Virus record (IMG/VR): IMGVR_UViG_3300025137_000014
Coordinates: 1 to 64,000 of that record
From: a virus
Length of the DNA: 64,000 bases
Reading direction: 5' to 3' (one strand)
A program made the translations under genes and the position numbers. Positions 17,008-26,596 of this stretch are shown here, piece by piece; position 1 is the first letter of the stretch, and the number at the start of each line of letters is the position of its first letter. The notes under the pieces are model-generated. The model was not told the DNA's origin. It saw only the letters and a program-made list of their open reading frames with translations, and searched no databases.

Positions 17008-20000
17008 TATTCTTTATCCTTATGTATTATAAAGTAATCATTCAATTCTGGAGTGGGACAATGTTTAGTTGACTTTGGTGTTTCGTGTCCTCTATGTGAA
17101 TTTTGCCAATGTGAGATATGTCCTACTTCTCCATCAAATCCTTCGAATGAAGAATACGCATATGGAAATGGTTGTATGACTGCGGAGCCACCTGGTTTTA
17201 ATTGTGTTAATATACAATCTACAAAGTGTTGTATGTCACTGCTTTCGAAAGGAGCAAAGAAAGTATTTCTATCTTTATTCTCATCAGTAATTTGCCAAGC
17301 CTGTGATATATTACCATTTACTAATCTAACAATCTTATCTGTTTTCCAAAATACATTTGACATATTCATAAGTATTATATCATATTTTTCATTAGGATCA
17401 AAGTCTTTTCCGTATGTGTGTTCTATATTATTAAGTAAATCAAAGTCTTTGCGTGGTTGTATATGTACATCTGCTGGTCTTACTATACCTAATGTATTCC
17501 AGACAAATTTAAGTTCATCTAACGAGTCGCCCGCTTCTTTATATGAGTTAGTAGAATATACATTAGTAAATCCTTCCTCTTTTAAAAAGTGTGGCATAAA
17601 ACCAAAATGTGTTCCTATATCTAAAATCTTAATATCTTTAGGTGCATAGTTTAAACCCAAGTTATCAAGTATCATAGAATGATTAACCCAATATGCAGAC
17701 TCTAAAGATGATTGCAAGTACTTAGAATGTTGAACAAGTTTTCTATTTAAAGATTTAAATTTTTTCTTATGTGTATCTTTAAATGTATCAAAGTAATTTT
17801 CAAACCTATAACCAATTCTACCAGTACTATATGGTTTTCTAAAACGCCAAGAACCAAATTCATTATAGTTTATAATATCCCAATGATAGTTATCATTAAC
17901 CCAATCTTTTTCTTCTTGAGTTAATTTACGTGGAGTATCAACTTTTTCTTCCTTTAATATTCTAGCAATATGTCTTGACGAATCTCTATGCCCAAACGTT
18001 CGGTGCCAATCCTTGCCTCGTTCATGATATCCTGTATTATGTATATCATCCATGTCTATCGTCCAAGCTACATTTAATCCATGTTGACTCGCACTTTGTT
18101 GTTGAAGTTCTTTCAAATCTTCTGGTTTATTAAAATCTTCACCCAGTATTTTACCTGTTGTCTCTAAAAATGATGCAAATCTTTTATGTGGATCTCTTGT
18201 AATTGCTATAGCAGGTATATCTTTTATGTTATCAAGATTTTTTTTATTAACTAATCTATAACCTAAATGAGGTGCTACTTTTTTAGCAACAGCTTTATCT
18301 AGTAATCCAACTGTAGGTATTATGATTGTGTTAGTATTCTCACTATACCAAACGTAGTTGTATATAGAATTGTGTGTCACATCGTCAAATTTGGCGTCCT
18401 CAAGCTGTGCTTTGTAGTCACCATTACTTAAAGATTCAAATGCACGTTTATATACTAATGGAGCATAAATATTTTTGTAATGATAGTAATTAAAATCAAG
18501 TACTTCTAGTAATGATTTATCATACTTCCATTCAGTACCATCTCTACGTAATTCAGTATAATCTACAATATTTTTAATTACTTTTGCTATCGCCTCTATA
18601 CGTTCAGCATAAGGCAATTCATCATATGATTCATCCCAATAGCCATCAAATGTTTTGAAGCCTAGATTTCTTAAGTTCTTAAGATAACCTTTATCGCCTA
18701 CAATAACGAATGGCTTTTTAGATAATATTGCTTGTGAAAGTTTTTCACTTATAGAAACATGCTCGTCACTAGATGTAAACTCTGTTATTAGTTCTAGGTA
18801 TGACCTTCTCCTATAAGGTAACATTTCTTCTAATCTATTTAAGGAAGACCCTGCTAACCATTCGTCCCGTGCATGTTGCATACTAAATGGTAATTCTTTT
18901 TTATAATACTCTCTAATAATTTCATCAGCTATGTCTTTGTTATATGAATAGCCGATACGTCCTTCAATAGACTGTATATCACTATCATATAACGGATCGC
19001 CTATACCGTAGTTATCTGTTCCTAAAAAACTATAGTAAGCATTATCTTTTATATTTGTATGATTTTCAATTAGCTTTGCTAATATATCAAGTCTATGGTT
19101 TCTAATTCTTTTATTAAGAAATAAGATATGTTTCTTAGAAATGTTAGCGATATCAAAGTTCCATTTTTCGTCATACTTATTTTCTATCTTGCCCTGTTCA
19201 TAGTCTGCAAAACGTAAGGTACTTGTTGATACAGTTAAGAATTCAACATCGCCTTCTACTTTTGTATCTTCAAACATTGTCCAGTATTTTACATTTTTAA
19301 CATTTTTCTTTTTAGAATAGAACTTGTTTATTTTTTCATAATAAGATATTGGTATAAGTTCTGCACCCATATCAAATATAATACATGCTTTTCCTTCTTC
19401 TAATTCTTTATTAATAGTTTTGTCTTTAATAGTTTTATCAATTAATTTATCAGTCAATGTAAGATAATCATATCCATCAAATTCGTCTTCACCAAAATGT
19501 TCCCATGCAATTAATGGAGATATAAAATAATACTTTTCAAATCTAACATCATCATGTATTTCGTCTATAAAGTTTTGATACATATCATAATGCTGAGGTT
19601 CTGCGTGTATCGTTTGTATTCTAGGCGAACGGTTAATCATCCATTTATTATAAAACATTCGGGGCATTATCTTTTCGGTCTTTCTCATACTTTGCATAGT
19701 AGCATTAAATTCTGTATTAGTTTCTTTTCCACAAAAGATTGAACATGTACGCAATCTTTTATTGTTAACGTTATTGTCTTTCCAATTATCAGGCCAGTGT
19801 TTCTGAAACATTGGGCCATTAATTATGTCTTCTAATTTAGTGTGTTCTAAACTTATTTTATCTCTACCAAAATCATTAATAAATTCTTGTAGCTGAGTTG
19901 TTTCTTCATCAGGGAAAGCGTATAGTTTACTTGCAGTCATACAACACGGAAATACTAATCCTTCACTAGTAACAAAAATACTTTTTGGTTTAATAACTAT

Positions 20001-20894
20001 GCAATCAATTTTAGTTTTACCCATCTTGACTTCGTGCGGAGTAAGTGGTCTATCTTTATCCCATTCATATTTATGGGTATAGGCTTCTTTACCAGAAGTT
20101 TTTGATTTAGTAAAATGTATTTCTTGTAAAATCTTTTCAGGATTGTCAGTATCATCTCCTTCAACTTTTTTAAAAGATGAGTTTGCAATATAAGTATTAA
20201 TCAATTCATTAGTATTACCATCAGACGGTGGATGTATATCGTAATCTTTTAATCCACGTTCATTAAATACTGCTAGTGTCGGTTGTGCTTTTCCTTCGTC
20301 ATTATTAACAAATCCTAATGCTTTTTTAGAATAGAACTCATGTATACCAATTTCTTTCGCTAACTGCTTTGCTTCTTCTACTTGGTGTTGATTATGTTTG
20401 AATACTAAGAACTCCCATCTGGCATGTCCACCACCTTTGATATAATTTTTCATAGCAGACATAATCTTAGACCAGTGTGTTCCTCGTCTATAAATCCAAT
20501 TAGTATTTTCTAGTCCGTCTACACTAAAAGTCATATGACCATTGGTGCCTATTATCTTGCCTAGTTCTTGCCAAAACTTTGGATTACGGCCACTGGCATT
20601 TGAATTCATAGTAATTTTAATATTTGGATTTATAGATTTTAGATATTTTAGAATATCAATAAGTTCTGGGTTAGTCATAGCATCACCATAATTTCCACAC
20701 AGTGACATTCCAAATAATTGTGCTAAAAATTTCTTATCGAAATACTTTTTGAATTGCTCTAACTTTACATAAGTTTCTTTGTATCTTGGATTCTTTCGAC
20801 CGCCCTGTTCTCTGCGATTACATACAGGACATAATGCATTACAAAGACTACTACTTTCGAAATCTAAATGTAATATCTCATCATGAGTGTACAT
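17007..20894 (-). CDS. 1295-aa multidomain fusion: radical SAM+SPASM, glycosyltransferase-like, sulfotransferase-like, class I methyltransferase
   Basis: CNALCPVC, C-terminal VFPCC...CSIFC; SISEKLSQAILSKKPFVIVG...LGFKTFDGYWDESYD; AITRDPHKRFASF; KILDIGTHFG. Confidence 0.75.
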   Translation of the reverse strand: MYTHDEILHLDFESSSLCNALCPVCNRREQGGRKNPRYKETYVKLEQFKKYFDKKFLAQLFGMSLCGNYGDAMTNPELIDILKYLKSINPNIKITMNSNASGRNPKFWQELGKIIGTNGHMTFSVDGLENTNWIYRRGTHWSKIMSAMKNYIKGGGHARWEFLVFKHNQHQVEEAKQLAKEIGIHEFYSKKALGFVNNDEGKAQPTLAVFNERGLKDYDIHPPSDGNTNELINTYIANSSFKKVEGDDTDNPEKILQEIHFTKSKTSGKEAYTHKYEWDKDRPLTPHEVKMGKTKIDCIVIKPKSIFVTSEGLVFPCCMTASKLYAFPDEETTQLQEFINDFGRDKISLEHTKLEDIINGPMFQKHWPDNWKDNNVNNKRLRTCSIFCGKETNTEFNATMQSMRKTEKIMPRMFYNKWMINRSPRIQTIHAEPQHYDMYQNFIDEIHDDVRFEKYYFISPLIAWEHFGEDEFDGYDYLTLTDKLIDKTIKDKTINKELEEGKACIIFDMGAELIPISYYEKINKFYSKKKNVKNVKYWTMFEDTKVEGDVEFLTVSTSTLRFADYEQGKIENKYDEKWNFDIANISKKHILFLNKRIRNHRLDILAKLIENHTNIKDNAYYSFLGTDNYGIGDPLYDSDIQSIEGRIGYSYNKDIADEIIREYYKKELPFSMQHARDEWLAGSSLNRLEEMLPYRRRSYLELITEFTSSDEHVSISEKLSQAILSKKPFVIVGDKGYLKNLRNLGFKTFDGYWDESYDELPYAERIEAIAKVIKNIVDYTELRRDGTEWKYDKSLLEVLDFNYYHYKNIYAPLVYKRAFESLSNGDYKAQLEDAKFDDVTHNSIYNYVWYSENTNTIIIPTVGLLDKAVAKKVAPHLGYRLVNKKNLDNIKDIPAIAITRDPHKRFASFLETTGKILGEDFNKPEDLKELQQQSASQHGLNVAWTIDMDDIHNTGYHERGKDWHRTFGHRDSSRHIARILKEEKVDTPRKLTQEEKDWVNDNYHWDIINYNEFGSWRFRKPYSTGRIGYRFENYFDTFKDTHKKKFKSLNRKLVQHSKYLQSSLESAYWVNHSMILDNLGLNYAPKDIKILDIGTHFGFMPHFLKEEGFTNVYSTNSYKEAGDSLDELKFVWNTLGIVRPADVHIQPRKDFDLLNNIEHTYGKDFDPNEKYDIILMNMSNVFWKTDKIVRLVNGNISQAWQITDENKDRNTFFAPFESSDIQHFVDCILTQLKPGGSAVIQPFPYAYSSFEGFDGEVGHISHWQNSHRGHETPKSTKHCPTPELNDYFIIHKDKE

Positions 20895-22090
20895 TAAAAG
20901 TGTCCTTCGAATTCAGGTAAAAAGTCTAGTATGTTTTGTTTTCTAATCTCATCAAGATTTCTAGTATATTCTTTTGCTTTTTCCCATTTTTCTTTTCGGT
21001 CTGGCCCACCAAACATTTTTTTAAATTCTTGCATCTTCCATTCATCAAATACATTAGAAAACTTATTATGTATTGCATCACGCATTGCTTTAGGTAATAC
21101 TGCCGGAGATAATATATCAGGATCATATACGTAATTGTGGTGTACCCAAACACCATGTTCTCTATGGAAGTAATTATAAAAATCACCTAGTGTACTATAA
21201 TTCATCCAAGACACAGTTTGTGTTACATCAATCTCAAACCCTTCATTCTTTAATCTTAAGAAATTCTTTTCAACATCATTCCACTTTGTAGGATATCGAA
21301 TATAATGATTCCTATCACCTAAGTCATCAATACTACAACTTACTTTGACATGGTCAAACTTTCTCCATAAGTCTATAACTTTATCGTTCATATTAGTCAT
21401 GTTGATATTATACCAGAGTTTTATATCTGTTTTTCCTAAGTCAACAAGTCTCTCTAAGAATTTAAAATGTTCTTTAATTAATGTAGGTTCTCCGCCGTTG
21501 ATGTAAAATGTTTTTACTTTATCACAGTGTTGTAGCAAGTCATCCCAAAATCCCTCACGCTCAGGCCATCTAAAGCCTTCCATGGTATCATATGTTGTAA
21601 GTTTAAATGTAGTTTTCTTCTGTAGTGCATCATAATCATTACGCCATTTACTTGAACTTGCTGGATTGCAAGTACGACATGCAACATTACAAACATTACC
21701 TAATCTTAATTCAACAAACTCTAGTTGAACGTCTTTCATAAAGCCATCGCTATCAGTGGCGTCCCTAGCGACTTCTACAGTGTACTCAGGATAGTTTTTA
21801 ATTTCTTCTGTTCTTTTAGAAGCCATGCCTTTTGCTTCTTCTGAATAGCAACGCATACATGCTATAGGCTTTTTGCCGTCTAATACTTCTAGTCTTGCTT
21901 TTTTATAGCTTTCACTATTCATAGTATCAAACACAGTGTCACGATTAAGATTATAAAATCTATCACCATCACGTGAACTACTCAATGAATTGCGGTGGTC
22001 TGCAACACAACAATGTGTTACACCTCCATGCGGATGCGTGGCAAGATGTTGAAATAATAATGGGCAAAAAGTTTCGCTCACGATAACCAT
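20894..22090 (-). CDS. Radical SAM protein with N-terminal SPASM/Twitch-like Cys cluster
   Basis: FCPLLFQHL...THCC...CMRC; LGNVCNVACRTC; INGGEP. Confidence 0.88.
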   Translation of the reverse strand: MVIVSETFCPLLFQHLATHPHGGVTHCCVADHRNSLSSSRDGDRFYNLNRDTVFDTMNSESYKKARLEVLDGKKPIACMRCYSEEAKGMASKRTEEIKNYPEYTVEVARDATDSDGFMKDVQLEFVELRLGNVCNVACRTCNPASSSKWRNDYDALQKKTTFKLTTYDTMEGFRWPEREGFWDDLLQHCDKVKTFYINGGEPTLIKEHFKFLERLVDLGKTDIKLWYNINMTNMNDKVIDLWRKFDHVKVSCSIDDLGDRNHYIRYPTKWNDVEKNFLRLKNEGFEIDVTQTVSWMNYSTLGDFYNYFHREHGVWVHHNYVYDPDILSPAVLPKAMRDAIHNKFSNVFDEWKMQEFKKMFGGPDRKEKWEKAKEYTRNLDEIRKQNILDFLPEFEGHF

Positions 22091-22944
22091 CCTAGTTCTT
22101 TTAATTTTGTTTTTAGTATTTTGTTTGTGAATGCATAATACCCTGCTTGTGTACTATGACCATCTGGTGCTACGCCGTGTCCGCTGTTAACTGAATAATC
22201 TAGTATGCCTGTATCTATGTAATCAATATTAACTTTACTCAACGCTTGTTTTAATTTTGGTAATACTGATGGGTCAAAATTAAATGCATCTTCCCAACCA
22301 AATAATATTAGTAATTTATTATTAAAAGACTTGATTGCAGATAGTGTAGACAATATTACATGAAGTCTATATGGATCTGGTTCTGCGCCTTTGCCATGAA
22401 GTGAATATATATTTCTTGTTTGTGATAATGTTTTCTTACTTATATCGAACATGCCTGTACACGAAGGGTCAAACCCGTATATTTTCTTTTCAGTGAAGTG
22501 TTCATCTTCGATAACTTGAAAACATCCCCAATCTTTAACCTCATCTTTTTTATATGCACGTGCAAGTTCATTACCATAGAAATGAGAAGATTGTTGATTT
22601 ATAGGTATAGTAACCCTACCAGGGTTTGTTATCTGAAAAATTACTAAATCATCAGCATCAATCTTATCAGTTAGCATCAAGTTAGACCAAATAGCTATTT
22701 GAGAATCAAGCCCTGCTCCACTCATCGCATAGCTTTCCATATGTATATCATCAGAAGACCACTCGCATGGATTAAAATTATTGACTGCATTAATTCCTAT
22801 TTCTTTTGCAAGTCTCCAATCATCTTCTAAATCATTACGAAATGAAGTTTCTTCGCATTGGTCATTTAGCCAAAGCCAATGATGTTGTGCAGTGTGACTA
22901 CAACCAAATGCTCTAATTTTTATTTTGTCTTGTCCACCACTCAT
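22078..22944 (-). CDS. SGNH-hydrolase-like protein
   Basis: AFGCSHTA, YAMSGAG, FQITNPGR, PDGHST (DxH). Confidence 0.6.
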   Translation of the reverse strand: MSGGQDKIKIRAFGCSHTAQHHWLWLNDQCEETSFRNDLEDDWRLAKEIGINAVNNFNPCEWSSDDIHMESYAMSGAGLDSQIAIWSNLMLTDKIDADDLVIFQITNPGRVTIPINQQSSHFYGNELARAYKKDEVKDWGCFQVIEDEHFTEKKIYGFDPSCTGMFDISKKTLSQTRNIYSLHGKGAEPDPYRLHVILSTLSAIKSFNNKLLILFGWEDAFNFDPSVLPKLKQALSKVNIDYIDTGILDYSVNSGHGVAPDGHSTQAGYYAFTNKILKTKLKELGWLS

Positions 22945-24313
22945 ATAATTCTGGATCCCTTTTATAGATATCTTCTAATCTAAATTGTTCTTGTCTGATT
23001 CGGTCTAATTCTTCTTGATAGTTTCTACCATTAAAAAATTGTTCTTCATGTGTCTCAGGCCATTGTTCTTCAAACGTTTGTCTATCCTTCATACCCTTCA
23101 ACGTATTTACTAGAGTTTGTTGCTTATGAGTAGCCTTTGGCTCAATATAAGCTAATAATTCATCTAAGTGTCTAGTTAATATATGCTTGGGCCATGCAAA
23201 CGGACTAAACACAATATCAGCATGAAAGGCAAACATAATCTTTGTTTCTATTCTTACATCTAATTCTAAACTCAAATCAAATAAATCTTTAATACTAAAC
23301 ATACCAGGACCAGTGATAGTCAAGTCAAATAACATTTTGTCTTTACCACCTGGTGCCGCTAGTCCTTTCTTAAAATTAGCTAACCACTCATCCCATACAA
23401 TGCCTTTACGAATAAACTCTACAATGTCACCTGTACCATCGATACTTGCACACATTAACCAGTCTTTAAACTGAGGTAGATAATCAAATAACTCCATGCC
23501 TTTAAACGTTGTACGAGATAAATTAGAGTTGTATCTTAAGTGACAATTCTTTGCAGAACCATTAGCGACCATTTCTTTTAATGCCCACCAATGTATATCG
23601 TACATAAGTGGCTCTCCACCTACCCAATATATTTCTTCTACTATACCATCACTAATTGCTTTCTTGAATTCTGGTTCAACAACTGTACGCTGAAACTTTA
23701 CCATCTTTTGTTTTACAGTTGGTTGCATAAATGGTTGATGTTCAATCGACCACATGTTGTGCTTTTTCTTTTCTGCTTCCCATGAACTTGATAATTGTTC
23801 ACCACACATACGACACTTGAAGTTACATAGATTAGAATAACGATAGTCAAATGATATTGTAGGCATTGATGTATGCCCATCATCATCTGTCTTATCAAAT
23901 GCTTCTTGTATCTTGTCTCTAAATAAAACTCCTGTAAACCATTTACGATATGAACTTAACGAGAGAATGTCATCATTACAAACATCACATTGTGGTATAC
24001 GTTCTCCTGACATTAGTTTCTTTCTAATATCTTTCATGTAAGGAGAGTTCCAATGTTCTGTTAATGATGAAGGGTTAAAGTCATCTGCATCTGTTTTAGA
24101 ATCTGTTACTTCGCCATATCTTTCATCGTTAGATGCATCAATATATTGTTTCTGAAATGAATGTTCTTCACGTGATGCACAACAAAGTCTACGCTCGCCT
24201 TGAGGAGATATATAGGTATGCGACCATGGCGCCATACAGAAAGTTTTGTTTTCACTTTCTTCTGCACAACTTCCGTCGCTTTTCCAAATAGGTATTATCT
24301 TTTTAGTTGTCAT
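22913..24313 (-). CDS. Radical SAM protein with N-terminal SPASM/Twitch-like Cys cluster
   Basis: FCMAPWSH...GERRLCC...CDVC; SNLCNFKCRMC; WVGGEP. Confidence 0.88.
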   Translation of the reverse strand: MTTKKIIPIWKSDGSCAEESENKTFCMAPWSHTYISPQGERRLCCASREEHSFQKQYIDASNDERYGEVTDSKTDADDFNPSSLTEHWNSPYMKDIRKKLMSGERIPQCDVCNDDILSLSSYRKWFTGVLFRDKIQEAFDKTDDDGHTSMPTISFDYRYSNLCNFKCRMCGEQLSSSWEAEKKKHNMWSIEHQPFMQPTVKQKMVKFQRTVVEPEFKKAISDGIVEEIYWVGGEPLMYDIHWWALKEMVANGSAKNCHLRYNSNLSRTTFKGMELFDYLPQFKDWLMCASIDGTGDIVEFIRKGIVWDEWLANFKKGLAAPGGKDKMLFDLTITGPGMFSIKDLFDLSLELDVRIETKIMFAFHADIVFSPFAWPKHILTRHLDELLAYIEPKATHKQQTLVNTLKGMKDRQTFEEQWPETHEEQFFNGRNYQEELDRIRQEQFRLEDIYKRDPELYEWWTRQNKN

Positions 24314-25052
24314 CTAGTACTAAGACTCCGGTTTTACTATCGTACTGACGTTTACACAGTATAGATTCTTTAATTCTATCCTCGACTTCTGAGTAGTTTG
24401 TTATCAGATTTATTTTTTCTTCTTTTGATAATTGTTTTATAAGTCCTCTAGGATCATTATCGATATCAATAAGTTCATGTAATGTTTCATAAGGATAAAA
24501 ATGACAGTCATACTTAGACTTCATTTCTTCAACTGTTCTTGTATATGCTTGATATGATAAATCAAATATTTTAATAAGATGATTTACATGTTCTTTGGTC
24601 GCAGTAAAAGGTTCATATGATGCTTTTTCACGATTAGCAACAACCCAATTACCTGATTTCTGTGCGATAAGGAAGCTACATACTGTATCTAATATATCAT
24701 TTCTAAAACTAAAATGTAAATCAGTTACTTGCAGTCCTTGAAAAAATCTATGCACTTCCATAAAATTAAACTTATATAATCTTTCTGGATTATTTTCTTT
24801 ACTAGTTAATTTCATATTCTGTCGTAATCCACACATGATATGATATTTCATACACCATTCTTGTTCAGGATGTGTTACATTAATGTGTCTTAATTTTTTA
24901 AAATACATCATATATTCATCGTCATGTATTTCTGTCGATGGCAAGTCATGTTCATAAAATTCAAATGGCGGAGTGCATACGTTTGCCGCTATATGATTAC
25001 TGACAATCGTACTTCCGCTTCTTGCATTGTAGACTACTAAATGTCTCCTCAT
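24303..25052 (-). CDS. Stf0-like sulfotransferase
   Basis: NARSGSTIV (5'-PSB); FRNDILDTVCSFLIAQKSGNW (3'-PB pattern of the Stf0 family). Confidence 0.65.
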   Translation of the reverse strand: MRRHLVVYNARSGSTIVSNHIAANVCTPPFEFYEHDLPSTEIHDDEYMMYFKKLRHINVTHPEQEWCMKYHIMCGLRQNMKLTSKENNPERLYKFNFMEVHRFFQGLQVTDLHFSFRNDILDTVCSFLIAQKSGNWVVANREKASYEPFTATKEHVNHLIKIFDLSYQAYTRTVEEMKSKYDCHFYPYETLHELIDIDNDPRGLIKQLSKEEKINLITNYSEVEDRIKESILCKRQYDSKTGVLVLDDN

Positions 25053-26596
25053 TCAACTTTTACTCCTCCTAGTGCATCATTTTCAGTGTCCCAACCACCA
25101 ACTTTTTCGTGAGCATCGTCACCTCCTTCATAGTCTTTTGTAGTGGCTGGGTCACCTGCTCTGTCGCTTATTTTGAATACTAATTCTTTATTCAAGATTT
25201 GTTCTTTGCTTGGTGATTCTGCTTCTAATGTATCGTACCAATCTGCAATAGGTCCCTTGAATACTTCTCTGAAATTGTGTCCTCTTCGAACATCAAACTG
25301 AGAAAAGAATGCTTTAAAATCATTATATAGCTTTGGAGTTTCTGCTGTATTTTTATGAGGTGTTTTGACAATATCAAGATAGTCAATCAATCTTTGTATA
25401 CTTGCTTTTTCGCCTTCAGATAACTTTTCTTGTGGACGTTTTGTTTTGAACCATGTGTCAAGTTTATCTTTATAGAAGTTCTTTACATCTATTGGTAAGA
25501 TTGCCGCACTTTGAAAAGAAGGGAAACGTAAAATGTTTAACGTCATAGTAGGCGCCCGTTGTCCGTATTCTTCACGTAGGTCTAACATTTCATCCATAAA
25601 ATCTGTGATAGTAACAAGACACAATGAATTGATAGTCATCATCATATGTAGTTTTGCTACGTTTGATTCTTTTAATACACGATGTATATTATTCTTCCAT
25701 AAGTCGTAATCTAATCCATCACGTATATATTCTGCTTGGTTTTTAGTTGCTTCCATTGAAGTGTATATTTCAAAGTTCGGAACATGCCAAGACTTTTGAA
25801 TTAGTTTGTCTAATACTTTTGGTTTCTCAGGAGACAAGTTAGAGTTGATAGCAAAACGCATATTACGTCCTCTATCTGGATTCTGTTCAAACCAATCAAA
25901 CAATCTCCATGTACCTCTATGCATAATAGGTTCACCACCAGTGATACGAATTTCTTCTAAACAATCTGCTAAGTCACTTTCCCACCATTTGTGAAATGCT
26001 TGAATATATGGGTTGTCTTCTTCTTTCTTTGTTTTAGGTGCCGCCCAAGGAGCAGTATCAAGGAAGTGTCCTCTACCATCTGATTGTATATTTTGATATC
26101 CACCATATGTATTGATATCTTTAACCCATGCGGTTGAGAATGCAGGATTACAATATGAACACTTAAGATTACATGCCCTATCAAATGAGATTTCAAGTGT
26201 ACGTAAGTTTACGTTATCGTCCCATGGCATTTCCATGCTCTTGTCAATATCTTCATCTTTAAATATTTCAGTTTTGAATACACGGTCAGATATATGATCC
26301 TTGCCCATGTCTTCAACTTTCCAACAGTATTCACATTCGGCTGGTCGTTTGCCTTCTTGCATATGTTTACGCATAAGTTTCTTATGCTTTGTATTATGAA
26401 TTGCTGAAGGATTGTCTTTGATTTCTTCAAGTGGGATCCAATGTCCTGGTGGGTGGTGACAACTAGCCGTCTGGCCATGTCCTAACCAGATAGTAGCATT
26501 ATACCATTTAGACGCACAATAACTAGCACTCTTGCTATCTATCATACGTTCTTTATATTGATGGAGAGTTTCGCCCTCCCAGTGTTTACGACCCAT
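25049..26596 (-). CDS. Radical SAM protein with N-terminal SPASM/Twitch-like Cys cluster
   Basis: YCASKW...TASCHHP...CEYCW; RACNLKCSYC; ITGGEP. Confidence 0.88.
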   Translation of the reverse strand: MGRKHWEGETLHQYKERMIDSKSASYCASKWYNATIWLGHGQTASCHHPPGHWIPLEEIKDNPSAIHNTKHKKLMRKHMQEGKRPAECEYCWKVEDMGKDHISDRVFKTEIFKDEDIDKSMEMPWDDNVNLRTLEISFDRACNLKCSYCNPAFSTAWVKDINTYGGYQNIQSDGRGHFLDTAPWAAPKTKKEEDNPYIQAFHKWWESDLADCLEEIRITGGEPIMHRGTWRLFDWFEQNPDRGRNMRFAINSNLSPEKPKVLDKLIQKSWHVPNFEIYTSMEATKNQAEYIRDGLDYDLWKNNIHRVLKESNVAKLHMMMTINSLCLVTITDFMDEMLDLREEYGQRAPTMTLNILRFPSFQSAAILPIDVKNFYKDKLDTWFKTKRPQEKLSEGEKASIQRLIDYLDIVKTPHKNTAETPKLYNDFKAFFSQFDVRRGHNFREVFKGPIADWYDTLEAESPSKEQILNKELVFKISDRAGDPATTKDYEGGDDAHEKVGGWDTENDALGGVKVE

